The notes below the pieces were generated by a model. That model was not told the DNA's origin and ran no database searches. It saw nothing but the letters and a program-made list of their open reading frames with translations. The position numbers and the translations under genes were made by a program. From Actinomycetota bacterium (GTDB taxonomy: Bacteria > Actinomycetota > AC-67), in contig JBKKCR010000195.1 in assembly GCA_046712825.1 (NCBI GenBank), positions 1-52,588 on the forward strand: 52,588 nucleotides of DNA, given 5' to 3'. The stretch's first letter is position 1; every line of letters starts with the position of its first letter. Shown one piece after another: positions 36,905-45,924 of this stretch.

Positions 36905-37025
36905 CCGCTGCATAACGTTGGGGCGGCTCTCGTGCCGCCCCACCAGCATGTCTGGGGTCCTGTGGACAGCCTGGGGACGGGGGTGAGGAAGACGAGGGTC
37001 GAGCTGGGGACGACGTGTGGACAGT
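36905..37025. promoter_or_regulatory. Cluster of DnaA-box-like sites upstream of dnaB
   Basis: TGTGGACAG at 36961 and 37016 (CTGTCCACA on - strand), weaker TGGGGACG at 36972 and 37005. Confidence 0.5.
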
Positions 37026-37057
37026 TCATGTCGTACCCGGCCGCTACCTTCTAAGCC

Positions 37058-38419
37058 ATGCCTGCCAACCTGTCGGTCGCGTCACCGCCCCAGCAGGGCT
37101 ACGGCCGCGTCCCGCCGCACAACCTCGAGGCCGAGCAGTCCGTTCTCGGCTCGATGATGCTCTCGAAGACCATCGTCGGTGAGGTTCTCGAGGTACTGCG
37201 TCCCGACGATTTCTATCGTGAGGCACACACCCGCATCTGCGAGGCGATCCGCGACCTCTTCTCCGCCGGCGAGCCGGTCGACGGGATCACCGTCCCGGAC
37301 GAGCTCGAGCGCCGCGGCCACCTCGAGTCCGTCGGCGGTCGTCCCTACGTCCACACGCTCGTCGCCGGCGTCCCGCATCCCGGCAACGCCGTCTTCTATG
37401 CACGCATCGTCTCCGAGCACGCGACCCTGCGGCGCTTGATCGACGCCGCTTCGCGGATCACGCAGGAGTGCTTCGAGGTCCCCGACAACATCGAAGACAT
37501 GATCAACCGCGCCGGCGAGGCCATCTACGGGATCGCAGCAGGCCGCATCCACACTGACTTCATCCCAATTCGCGACCTCCTCGCGGAAAGCATGGAGGCG
37601 CTCGACCGGCTGGCCTCGCACGAGAGTGACGTCACCGGCGTCCCGACCGGGTTCCGCGACATCGACGCGCGCTTGTCGGGTCTCCAGCCGCAGAACCTGA
37701 TCCTCGTCGCCGCTCGTCCGGCCATGGGAAAGTCGTCGTTCGTGATGAACATCGCGCATCATGTGGCGCTGGTCGAGCAGATCCCGGTCGTCATCTTCTC
37801 GCTCGAGATGAGCCAGATCGAGATCGTGCAGCGCCTGATCTGCTCCGAGGCTCGGGTGGACACCCGCGCGCTGCGCAGCGGCCGTCTGACCGAATCCGAC
37901 TGGATCAAGGTATCGAGCGCGGTGGGACGGCTCGACGCGGCAGCGCTCTACATCGACGACTCGCCGTCGGTCTCCATGATGGAGATCCGCGCCAAGTGTC
38001 AGCGACTCAAGCGCAAGCAAAATCTTGGACTCGTTATCGTCGACTACATCCAGCTGATGACCTCGACGCGGCGGACCGAGAACCGCGTGCAGGAGGTCAG
38101 CGAGATCTCGCGGTCGCTCAAGATCCTGGCCAAGGAGCTCGACGTCCCCGTGCTCGCCGTCTCGCAGCTCTCCCGTCAGCCCGAGCAAGGCGGCGGCGAC
38201 CGCAGGCCGCACCTTTCCCACCTACGTGAATCCGGTTCGCTGGAACAGGACGCCGACGTTGTGATGATGATCTACCGGGATGAGGTCTACAACCAGGATT
38301 CCCCGGCCAAGGGCGAAGCCGAAGTCATCACCGCGAAGCACCGTAACGGGCCGACCGGAACGGACAACCTCGCATTCCTCGGACAGTTCACGAAGTTCGC
38401 GGATCTTGCCCGCTCGTAG
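37058..38419 (+). CDS. dnaB: Replicative DNA helicase
   Basis: PPHNLEAEQSVLG, ARPAMGKS, FSLEM, VDYIQL, SQLSR, LRESGSLEQDAD, KHRNGP; no intein. Confidence 0.97.
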   Translation: MPANLSVASPPQQGYGRVPPHNLEAEQSVLGSMMLSKTIVGEVLEVLRPDDFYREAHTRICEAIRDLFSAGEPVDGITVPDELERRGHLESVGGRPYVHTLVAGVPHPGNAVFYARIVSEHATLRRLIDAASRITQECFEVPDNIEDMINRAGEAIYGIAAGRIHTDFIPIRDLLAESMEALDRLASHESDVTGVPTGFRDIDARLSGLQPQNLILVAARPAMGKSSFVMNIAHHVALVEQIPVVIFSLEMSQIEIVQRLICSEARVDTRALRSGRLTESDWIKVSSAVGRLDAAALYIDDSPSVSMMEIRAKCQRLKRKQNLGLVIVDYIQLMTSTRRTENRVQEVSEISRSLKILAKELDVPVLAVSQLSRQPEQGGGDRRPHLSHLRESGSLEQDADVVMMIYRDEVYNQDSPAKGEAEVITAKHRNGPTGTDNLAFLGQFTKFADLARS

Positions 38420-39095
38420 CGAGCGCGGCCGCGCCAGACAGATCGTTCGCCGGCTCCTCCGCGAGTACCCGCCGGATCATCCCGCCCGTCCCAGCGGGAA
38501 GGCGCGCGACCCGCTGTCGGAGCTGATCTTCACGACGCTGTCGCAGAACACCTCCGACCTGAACCGCGATCGCGCGTGGGCTTCGATGAAGCGGGCGTTC
38601 CCCACGTGGAAGGACGTGCTTGCCGCGCGCACGCCCGATCTCGAGCGGGCGATCGCCGTCGGCGGTCTCGCCAAGACGAAGGCGCCCCGCATCCAGGCGA
38701 TCTTGCGCGAGGTGATCGAGCGCGAAGGTCGCTCCTCGCTCGCGCGCTTGAAGCGGATGAGCGACGAGGAGGTCGTCGCCTACCTCGAGACGCTGCCGGG
38801 CATCGGACCGAAGACGATCGCGTGCGTGCTCGCGTTCTCCCTCGGAAGGCCGCGGCTGCCCGTCGACACGCATGTGCACCGGGTGGGATCTCGTCTCGGG
38901 ATCTTCGACGAGCGCGCCAACGCCCGCGCGGCCCAGGCCGCGATCGAGGCCGCCGTTCCACCGCATGATCGTGTCGAAACGCATCTGGCGCTCATCGCCC
39001 ACGGGCGCTCGACGTGCACCGCCCTGCGGCCCGCTTGTGAGCGCTGCGTCCTGGCGGATCTGTGTCCCTCCGCGGGGCGCGTTTCGGTACAGTGA
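38406..39095 (+). CDS. nth: Endonuclease III-like HhH-GPD DNA glycosylase
   Basis: LSQNTSD, LPGIGPKT, VDTHVHR, C-x6-C-x2-C-x5-C Fe-S motif; start TTG 38406 inferred. Confidence 0.85.
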   Translation: MPARSERGRARQIVRRLLREYPPDHPARPSGKARDPLSELIFTTLSQNTSDLNRDRAWASMKRAFPTWKDVLAARTPDLERAIAVGGLAKTKAPRIQAILREVIEREGRSSLARLKRMSDEEVVAYLETLPGIGPKTIACVLAFSLGRPRLPVDTHVHRVGSRLGIFDERANARAAQAAIEAAVPPHDRVETHLALIAHGRSTCTALRPACERCVLADLCPSAGRVSVQ

Positions 39096-39102
39096 CGACC
39101 CC

Positions 39103-40008
39103 ATGCGTTCCCGAACCGGCTACGTAGAACTGATCGTCTGCGGCCTCATCTGGGGCTCGATCGGCGTGCTCGTCAAGGAGATCGACGTGAGCGCTCCGGT
39201 CACCGTGTTCTTCCGGCTGTCGCTCGGCGCCGCCTCCGTCGTGGCTTTCTGGGCCCTTCGCGGCCGGCTCTCCGAGCTGGCGCTACGGAGCGACCGCGGC
39301 CTCGTGCTCGCTGCCGGGTTGACGCTCGCCTTCCATTGGGTGGCGTTCTTCGAGGCGTACAAGCGTCTGCCGGTCGCGACCACCATCCTGATCGTGTACG
39401 TCGGTCCCGTGCTTATCGCCGCCGCGGCACCCGCGGTGCTCGGTGAGCGGCTCGAGCGCAACACGCTGTACGCGCTGGCGCTGTCCGTCGCGGGGATCGC
39501 GCTGATCGCAGTTCCGTCGAGCAGTTCGGGTGACGCGTTCGGGTACGCTGCGGCCGGCGCGGCCGCGTTGTCGTTCGCGGTGCTCGTTCTCACGCTGAAA
39601 CGCGTATCCCCGGAGGTTCCGGCGCCGGCGATCGTCGCGTGGCAGCTGGGCATAGCCGCGCTCGCCGTCTCGCCGTTCCTGGCCGGAGCAAGCGGCCGCG
39701 AGATCGTGCGGGCGGCGCCGACCTTGCTCATGCTGGGCATGCTCCACACCGGCGTCGCGGGGATCCTCTACGTCGGCGCGCTGCAGATCGTGAAGGCGCA
39801 GCACGTGAGCATCCTGGTCTATCTCGAGCCGGTGACGGCCGTGCTGTGGGCGTGGGCGGTTCTCGGTGAGCAGCCGGAGCTCGCGACGGTCTTCGGCGGG
39901 GCGGCGATCATCGCGGCCGGGCTGCTGGTCGTGGTACCGGGCCTGCGTGCCGCGGCGCCCGTGGGTTTGCCCGAGCCCGTACGCGCCAACGCCGGAGGCG
40001 CGTCGTGA
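39103..40008 (+). CDS. EamA/DMT family transporter
   Basis: IWG...FFR, LGERL and LEPV...LGE duplicated halves. Confidence 0.88.
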   Translation: MRSRTGYVELIVCGLIWGSIGVLVKEIDVSAPVTVFFRLSLGAASVVAFWALRGRLSELALRSDRGLVLAAGLTLAFHWVAFFEAYKRLPVATTILIVYVGPVLIAAAAPAVLGERLERNTLYALALSVAGIALIAVPSSSSGDAFGYAAAGAAALSFAVLVLTLKRVSPEVPAPAIVAWQLGIAALAVSPFLAGASGREIVRAAPTLLMLGMLHTGVAGILYVGALQIVKAQHVSILVYLEPVTAVLWAWAVLGEQPELATVFGGAAIIAAGLLVVVPGLRAAAPVGLPEPVRANAGGAS

Positions 40009-40214
40009 TCCCGCTCCCCGTCATCCTGGCCGAGATCATCATGGCGCTCGGCGCGGCGCTGCTGTTCGCGAACATCTGGGCGCTCGTGCGCGAGAAAGTG
40101 CGGCCCGATCAGAAGCCGGTGCGTCCGGTCAACCGCGGCCGCGCGATCACCAACGCGCTGATCGGGCTCGTCGTGCTCGTGTGGGCGTTCGCGTCGTTCA
40201 TCACGCGGATCTAG
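40005..40214 (+). CDS. Small two-TM hypothetical protein
   Basis: GTGA-coupled to EamA, GGAGG RBS, two hydrophobic helices. Confidence 0.7.
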   Translation: MIPLPVILAEIIMALGAALLFANIWALVREKVRPDQKPVRPVNRGRAITNALIGLVVLVWAFASFITRI

Positions 40215-40288
40215 TGGAGCGGGCGAAGGGAATCGAACCCTCGTCTAGAGCTTGGGAAGCTCTCGTTCTACCATTGAACTACGCCCAC
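40215..40288 (-). tRNA. tRNA-Gly(CCC)
   Basis: GTGGGCGTAGTTCAATGGTAGAACGAGAGCTTCCCAAGCTCTAGACGAGGGTTCGATTCCCTTCGCCCGCTCCA folds as a cloverleaf, anticodon CCC, encoded CCA. Confidence 0.95.
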
Positions 40289-40299
40289 GTGCTTTCCCA

Positions 40300-40328
40300 A
40301 CGCTATCCAGCAGCGGAAAAGTCGTCAA
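40300..40328 (-). promoter_or_regulatory. tRNA promoter TTGACG-N17-TAGCGT
   Basis: Near-consensus hexamers ending 11 nt upstream of the tRNA 5' end. Confidence 0.65.
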
Positions 40329-40345
40329 TCCGGCTTGGAAGCTGA

Positions 40346-41281
40346 TTACGCACCAATGATCTCCTTCCCGATGCGCACATGTTCCTGGATCACCCTTCTG
40401 GGCAGCTGACGAGTCCCGAGCGAGACGACGTCGATTCCACCAACCCATGCGTACCCGATCATGGCGATGACGTCGGGCTCGGCCGACGCGAGCCGGTAGT
40501 AGCTCCGTGCGACGTCGTCCATACCCGGCGGCAACGCCGAGCCGTGAGCCGAGGCGGCGTGGAACGGTGTCCAGTGCGCATCCAAGACGATCACGATCTT
40601 CTGATCCGGACGTGAGCGTCGCGACTTCAGGGTCTCTAGGAATCCGCGATAGGTCGCGTCGTTGTACGGATCTCTCGTCTGGTAGTGATCGAAGCCGATC
40701 CAGTCGATCGAGGGAGGCACCTGCATCTCGCCGACGAAAGCCCACGACTCGACGAACGAAGCGGGGATGTCCGGGAACGTGGCCTTCACGAGATCTGCTA
40801 CGGCGCGAAGCTCCTCGTAGGGGATGCCGGCATTGAACGGCTCATCCACGAGATAGATCGTTCCGACGTGGTCGGGGTCGAGCACCGTTTGATTGGCGGC
40901 CACGAAGCGCGCCCAGCGCTCCATGTAGTCCGGATACAGGACCACGAGTCGGCCGGTTGAAGGGTCGATCCTATCGAGGTAGCTGAAGAAGACGCCCTGA
41001 ACGCTGAGGAGGGCCCGCATCCCGTTGTTTGCCATGGTACGAGCGCGCTCGACGATGATGTCGTCCGCGCCGAAGACGCACATGTGGTTCAGGTTCGTGA
41101 AAGCTTTGACTTCGTCGATGTAGGTGGTCTTCAGGGACAGGTCGTAGGGGTCGTCGTACTTGCAGTCCACGCCGACGTAGCCGAAGTACTTCAGATGTTG
41201 CTCCGCCTGCGCCGGCGTCAGCACGGCGGCAACGAGGGCAAAAAACGTGAGCGGCATCCGGCAAGCCTTCATGAGCCCCAT
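40346..41281 (-). CDS. Secreted hypothetical protein, possible TIM-barrel glycoside hydrolase
   Basis: Signal peptide ending AQA; YLVDEP and DWIGFDHY motifs; AGGGGGA RBS. Confidence 0.65.
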   Translation of the reverse strand: MGLMKACRMPLTFFALVAAVLTPAQAEQHLKYFGYVGVDCKYDDPYDLSLKTTYIDEVKAFTNLNHMCVFGADDIIVERARTMANNGMRALLSVQGVFFSYLDRIDPSTGRLVVLYPDYMERWARFVAANQTVLDPDHVGTIYLVDEPFNAGIPYEELRAVADLVKATFPDIPASFVESWAFVGEMQVPPSIDWIGFDHYQTRDPYNDATYRGFLETLKSRRSRPDQKIVIVLDAHWTPFHAASAHGSALPPGMDDVARSYYRLASAEPDVIAMIGYAWVGGIDVVSLGTRQLPRRVIQEHVRIGKEIIGA

Positions 41282-41372
41282 TGCAAGTCCCCCTGACGTA
41301 TCGGTCGGAGTTTTCGCCCAAGGCGGTGGCGAATCCTTCCGGCTGCAAGTCGGCAGCAGCTCGGGAGGGCGG

Positions 41373-41999
41373 CTACCGGCCGCTCTTCTTCTTCGGCAAC
41401 GGGCTTCTCGGCCGTTTCGCGGCTTCGCGCGCGCGGGTGGCGGCCTTCTCGAAGTCCTCATAGAAGCGGGACGGCGTCGGGCCGCGTTGCCCCTGGTACT
41501 TGCCGCGCTCGCCGTACGGGCGGTCGGCCGGCGACGTCATCTCGAACAAGCAGAGCTGTCCGATCTTCATCCCCGGATAGATCGTGATCGGAAGGTTGGC
41601 CACGTTCGACAGCTCGAGCGTGAGGTGCCCCGACCAGCCCGCATCGACGAACCCGGCCGTCGAGTGGATCAACAGGCCGAGCCGGCCGAGGCTCGATTTT
41701 CCCTCGATGCGCGCGACGACATCGTCGGGCAGGGTGACCTTCTCGAGCGTGGAGCCGAGCACGAACTCGCCGGGGTGGAGGATGAACGGCTCCTCGGGGT
41801 CGACGCGGACCTCCTCCGTCAGGTCGTCCATGCGCTTCTTAACGTCGATGTAGGGATAGCGGCTGTTCGCGAAGATGCGGAAGGTGTCGTCCACGTGGAG
41901 GTCGATGCTCGACGGCTGGATCGCGGCGTCGTCGAAGGGCTCGATGACGACGCGCCCGTTCTCGATCTGCTTGCGGATGTCCCGGTCGGAAAGGATCAC
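41373..41999 (-). CDS. dcd: dCTP deaminase
   Basis: [38 protein letters not shown]. Confidence 0.96.
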   Translation of the reverse strand: MILSDRDIRKQIENGRVVIEPFDDAAIQPSSIDLHVDDTFRIFANSRYPYIDVKKRMDDLTEEVRVDPEEPFILHPGEFVLGSTLEKVTLPDDVVARIEGKSSLGRLGLLIHSTAGFVDAGWSGHLTLELSNVANLPITIYPGMKIGQLCLFEMTSPADRPYGERGKYQGQRGPTPSRFYEDFEKAATRAREAAKRPRSPLPKKKSGR

Positions 42000-42064
42000 T
42001 CAGGTGGCTCCTCGTGCGCGCGGCCTTAGGGGAAGGCCGCCCACATTATGAGGGATGCCGAGTC

Positions 42065-43231
42065 TTACTGGCGGCCGAGGATGGTGACCGAGCAGACCGC
42101 GCCCGGCCCGCCCAGGTTGTGCGCGAGCCCGAGTTCCGGGTCGCGAACCTGCACGCCCTCCGCACGCCCCTGCAGTTGGCGGGTCACCTCGCCGATCATC
42201 CGGCAGCCGGTCGCGCCGATCGGATGGCCGAACGACTTAAGGCCGCCCGAGGGGTTCACGGGGAGCGGGCCGTCGGCGTTCGCCAATCCGTCGCGCACGA
42301 AGTTCGCACCCTCGCCTTTCTTGCAGAATCCGAGGTCCTCGTAGTTCAACAGCTCGGTGATCGTGAAGCAGTCGTGCACTTCGGCGAGCGAGATCTGCTC
42401 GAACGGATCGGTGACCCCGGCTTCCTCGTACGCCATCTTGGCGGCGGCTTGAGTCGCCGGGAATCCGAGGTAGTCGAACGACGGCTTGTACATCGGGTTC
42501 GCGGTGTAGACCGAGAGCCCGTTCGCTTTCGCGAGCACGTAATCGTCCTTGTGCGCGAGCGTCTTCGCGACGGCCGGCGTCGTGACGATCACGGCCGAGG
42601 CGCCGTCCGACACGGCGCACGAGTCGAAACGCCCGAGCGGGTACGCGATGATCGGCGCGTTCATCGCGTCGTCCATGGTGATCGCGCGACGGAAGTGCGC
42701 CTTCGGATGCTTCTCGCCGTTGGCGTGGTTCTTGACGGCGACGCGTGCGAGGTCCTCCTTGTTCCAGCCGTGCACCTCGAACGCGCGGGTGGCGGCCATC
42801 GCGAACATCGCCGGGGCGGAGGGCGCCGGGAGGAACGGGTGCAACCCCTCGCGGACGTTCGGGAGGCCGCGCGAACCGGAATCGGTGATCTTCTCTACCC
42901 CGCACGCGAGCACGATGTCGTAGACGCCGGCCGCTACCGCGAAGCACGCGTTGCGGAACGCGTCCATGCCCGAGGCGCAGAAGTTCTCGACGCGCGTCGC
43001 GGGGACGCCGTACATGCGCAGGGGGTCGACGGCGGCGGCTCCGCCCATCCCGGTGGTGTGGTAGTAGACGCCGGCCCAGATCGCCTGGATATCGGATCGC
43101 TCGATGCCTGCGTCGCGGCAGGCTTCTTCGACCGCCTCGACGAGCAGGTCCTCCTGATCCTTCTCCCAGTGCTCGGTGAAGCGCGTGGCTCCGACGCCTG
43201 CGACGGCGACGCGATCTCTGATGCCCGGCAT
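42065..43231 (-). CDS. SCP2/SCPx-type thiolase (acetyl-CoA acyltransferase)
   Basis: ENFCASG, SDGA, EVHDCF, NPSGGL...GHP.GATG, HNLGG. Confidence 0.92.
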   Translation of the reverse strand: MPGIRDRVAVAGVGATRFTEHWEKDQEDLLVEAVEEACRDAGIERSDIQAIWAGVYYHTTGMGGAAAVDPLRMYGVPATRVENFCASGMDAFRNACFAVAAGVYDIVLACGVEKITDSGSRGLPNVREGLHPFLPAPSAPAMFAMAATRAFEVHGWNKEDLARVAVKNHANGEKHPKAHFRRAITMDDAMNAPIIAYPLGRFDSCAVSDGASAVIVTTPAVAKTLAHKDDYVLAKANGLSVYTANPMYKPSFDYLGFPATQAAAKMAYEEAGVTDPFEQISLAEVHDCFTITELLNYEDLGFCKKGEGANFVRDGLANADGPLPVNPSGGLKSFGHPIGATGCRMIGEVTRQLQGRAEGVQVRDPELGLAHNLGGPGAVCSVTILGRQ

Positions 43232-43239
43232 CGCAGCTC

Positions 43240-44655
43240 CTAAGCGGGGACCGTCGCGGTGCGCGGCGGCCTGGCTTTCCAATAGTAGTTGTGGAATCCG
43301 GCGCCGTCGTGGATACGACGGAACGTGAGCTCGATCTCGTTGCCGATCCGCACCTCGTCCGGGTTCACGTCGGTCATGTCGAAGAACACCCGTCCCCCGC
43401 CGTCCATGTCGACGACGACGCGCGGGACCGGAGTCTCGAGGTACTCCCCGCCGACGAGATGGTCGAGGGTGAACGTGAAGATGCGGCCGCGATGCGCCAG
43501 TTTGATCGGCTCCATCTTGTCCAGCGCCGAGCATTCGACGCACGCGCGGTTGGCCGGGAACTGGACGACGCCGCACGCGGTGCAACGCACGCCCTCGAAA
43601 GGCAGCGCCTGGCGGCGGTCGCGCCAGTACTGAACGGTCGATGAGCGCGGGTCCGATGGGTCCGACGGCAGGAGCCGGCGGAACCGCAGGAAGGACTCGT
43701 AGCTCGCCAGCATCTGCTTCGAGGCGATGAGGTCCGTGACCGGCGCCGGCGAGCGCGCGGCCCCGATCTCCGCGCCTATCCGCAGCACCAGCGCATCGGC
43801 GCCGTCGCCTTGAGCGACCGCGAGGATGTGGTCGCCGGCCGACGCGCCGTCCAGCGCCGCCGCGAGCGCGACGAGCGTGTGCGCCGCGCCGAGATTGCCG
43901 ACGGTGGAGAACAGCGGATCGCGCGTGACCTCCGCGACGCCGAGTCGCTTCGCGGTCGTCGCCAGCGTGCGCGGGTCCGGCGCGTAGGCCACGAACTTCG
44001 TGACCTGGTCGGCGGTGACGCTTGCGCGGGAGAGGGATTCCTTCGCCGCGGCGATCACGGCCCGGGCGTAGCCGTACTCCGTTTCGAGCTTGGGCTCGAA
44101 GGAGCGTACGTAGTTGTCACCGGTCCGCCGCCAGGGTCCGGTGAAGTCCTCGGTCACGCCGGCGACCGCGATGATCTCGGCCGGGCCGTCGGCGGTGATC
44201 AGCACGGCGGCGGCGCCGTCGCCGAAGAGCTGCTCGGTCGCGGTGGCGGGCTCGGCAGGCCGAGCGTCGGCGGCTACGACCAGGACCGCGCGGGCGGTGC
44301 CGGCCGCGATAGCGTCCAGCGCCGAACGCAGCGCCGTCGTAGCCGCGCGCAGCGATCCGGTCATGTCCGCGGTCAGCGCGTTAGGACGGTCGAGCACGGC
44401 CGCGATCGTGGCCGCTCCCTGCTTCTCTGCGTACGGCGAGGTGGTCGTAGCGAAGAAGACCGCGTCCAGCTCGGAGAGGTCGCGCCCGGCCATGCACGCC
44501 AGGGCGGCCTCGACGCCCATCGTCAGAGAGTCCTCGTCCCCGGCGGAGACGGCGCGCTCCCCCGGCAGAGACGGCGTGTCCCACGCACGGCCCATCGTCT
44601 TGCGGTCGAGGCGGAAGGTAGGCAGGTACGCGCCCCACGCGGCGATGCCGGCCAA
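43240..44655 (-). CDS. HMG-CoA synthase-like domain fused to DUF35 (Zn-ribbon/OB-fold)
   Basis: DEDSLTM, GDGAAA, VGNLG; C-terminal CTAC...C..C, TFRRIH...NYYWKA; AGGAGGA RBS. Confidence 0.88.
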   Translation of the reverse strand: MAGIAAWGAYLPTFRLDRKTMGRAWDTPSLPGERAVSAGDEDSLTMGVEAALACMAGRDLSELDAVFFATTTSPYAEKQGAATIAAVLDRPNALTADMTGSLRAATTALRSALDAIAAGTARAVLVVAADARPAEPATATEQLFGDGAAAVLITADGPAEIIAVAGVTEDFTGPWRRTGDNYVRSFEPKLETEYGYARAVIAAAKESLSRASVTADQVTKFVAYAPDPRTLATTAKRLGVAEVTRDPLFSTVGNLGAAHTLVALAAALDGASAGDHILAVAQGDGADALVLRIGAEIGAARSPAPVTDLIASKQMLASYESFLRFRRLLPSDPSDPRSSTVQYWRDRRQALPFEGVRCTACGVVQFPANRACVECSALDKMEPIKLAHRGRIFTFTLDHLVGGEYLETPVPRVVVDMDGGGRVFFDMTDVNPDEVRIGNEIELTFRRIHDGAGFHNYYWKARPPRTATVPA

Positions 44656-44673
44656 GGTGGTCCTCCTAGCGTG

Positions 44674-44835
44674 TCAGCAGCAGGTACGGAGGGTCGGATC
44701 CCACCAGGCGCAGAACGCGTCGTCCCAGTAGGGATCCTCGAAACGGAGGCCGGGCTCGTCGCGCTTCCCCTCGGAGGGCTGCTCCGAGCGAGCGGGTCGT
44801 TCCTCGGTTACCGTCTGTGGCTCGATGACTTCCAC
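44674..44835 (-). CDS. Unannotated 53-aa acidic peptide with Trp/Cys-rich C-terminus
   Basis: MEVIEPQTVTEERPARSEQPSEGKRDEPGLRFEDPYWDDAFCAWWDPTLRTCC; GACAAT 6 nt before GTG; GC3-rich codons. Confidence 0.6.
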   Translation of the reverse strand: MEVIEPQTVTEERPARSEQPSEGKRDEPGLRFEDPYWDDAFCAWWDPTLRTCC

Positions 44836-44842
44836 GGGTTCA

Positions 44843-45391
44843 TTGTCGGGGCGCGCGCGGCGCGGTCGCAACCTGCGGCTCGCGGCGCCGACGATGACCC
44901 TCGCCGCCCTGCTCGCGGCCTGCGGCGGAGGGGGCTCGAACGTCGATGCCGGCCCGGCGCCCAGTCTCCCCACGGGGTGCACGCCGATCGAATCCCCCAA
45001 GATTCTCGGGGCCAGTCACATCCCCACCGGCCAGACGGCGACCTACAACACGACCCCGCCGAGCTCCGGGAACCATTACGCGCAGTGGGCCCAGGTCGGC
45101 GGTTCCACCGAGCCGATCAAGAACGAGACCCAGGTTCACAATCTCGAGCACGGCCACGTGATGATTCAGTACCGGGGGATCACGACCGACCAGATCAACG
45201 AGCTCGGGGACCTCATCCAGAAGGACGCCAAGAAGGTCCTCTTCGCGCCTTACCCGGACATGGAACCGGCGCTCGCGTTCACGTCGTGGGGGAAGATCCA
45301 AACCTGCGACGCCTGGAGCGACTCGATCCCGGCACTCATGCAGTACTTCATCCGTGTCAACCGCGACAACGCCCCCGAGAGCATCGACTAG
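44843..45391 (+). CDS. DUF3105-family lipoprotein
   Basis: LLAAC lipobox; Y...PPSSGNH, VHNLEHG.V..QY, TSWG; start uncertain (44825, 44843 or 44894). Confidence 0.82.
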   Translation: MSGRARRGRNLRLAAPTMTLAALLAACGGGGSNVDAGPAPSLPTGCTPIESPKILGASHIPTGQTATYNTTPPSSGNHYAQWAQVGGSTEPIKNETQVHNLEHGHVMIQYRGITTDQINELGDLIQKDAKKVLFAPYPDMEPALAFTSWGKIQTCDAWSDSIPALMQYFIRVNRDNAPESID

Positions 45392-45471
45392 GTCGCACTC
45401 GGGGCGCCCTGTAAGGCCGTCCTACCCCGGCGGTAGGATGCGCTCGTCCAAGGTCCGAGGGAGGGGTTCTC

Positions 45472-45924
45472 ATGGCGGTGAAGCATCAACCGGACGGGTA
45501 TCACACGATCACGCCGTATCTCATCGTGGAGGACGCGGCCGGCCTGATCGACTTCATCACGAAGGCGTTCGGCGGACAAGAGCGGATGCGCATGCCGGGC
45601 GTGAATGGCGGCGTCGGCCATGCCGAGATCCAGATCGGTGACTCGATCGTCATGCTGGCGGACAGCGCCGAGGCCGAGAACAACATCAGGATGCCCGCCA
45701 TGATCCACCTGTATGTCGAGGATTGCGACGCGGCGTACGAAGCCGCGCTCGCGGCCGGCGCCACGTCACAACAGAAGCCCGAAACCAAGTTCTACGGCGA
45801 CCGCAACGCGGGAGTGCAAGACGCGTTCGGGAACATCTGGTTCATCTCGACGCACGTCGAGGACGTTCCGCCGGAAGAGATGGGCAAACGCGCGCAGGAG
45901 TGGACGGAGCAGCAGAAGGGTTAA
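45472..45924 (+). CDS. VOC/PhnB-like glyoxalase family protein
   Basis: TITPYL.V, HAEI.IGDS, FYGDR....D.FGN.W. Confidence 0.9.
   Translation: MAVKHQPDGYHTITPYLIVEDAAGLIDFITKAFGGQERMRMPGVNGGVGHAEIQIGDSIVMLADSAEAENNIRMPAMIHLYVEDCDAAYEAALAAGATSQQKPETKFYGDRNAGVQDAFGNIWFISTHVEDVPPEEMGKRAQEWTEQQKG

Noticed and set aside
37058-38419. Intein in dnaB
   Set aside because: The 453-aa length and contiguous motifs leave no room for an insertion.
40215-40240. tRNA-Gly as an integration (att) site
   Set aside because: I found no duplicated tRNA 3' end and no integrase in the window.
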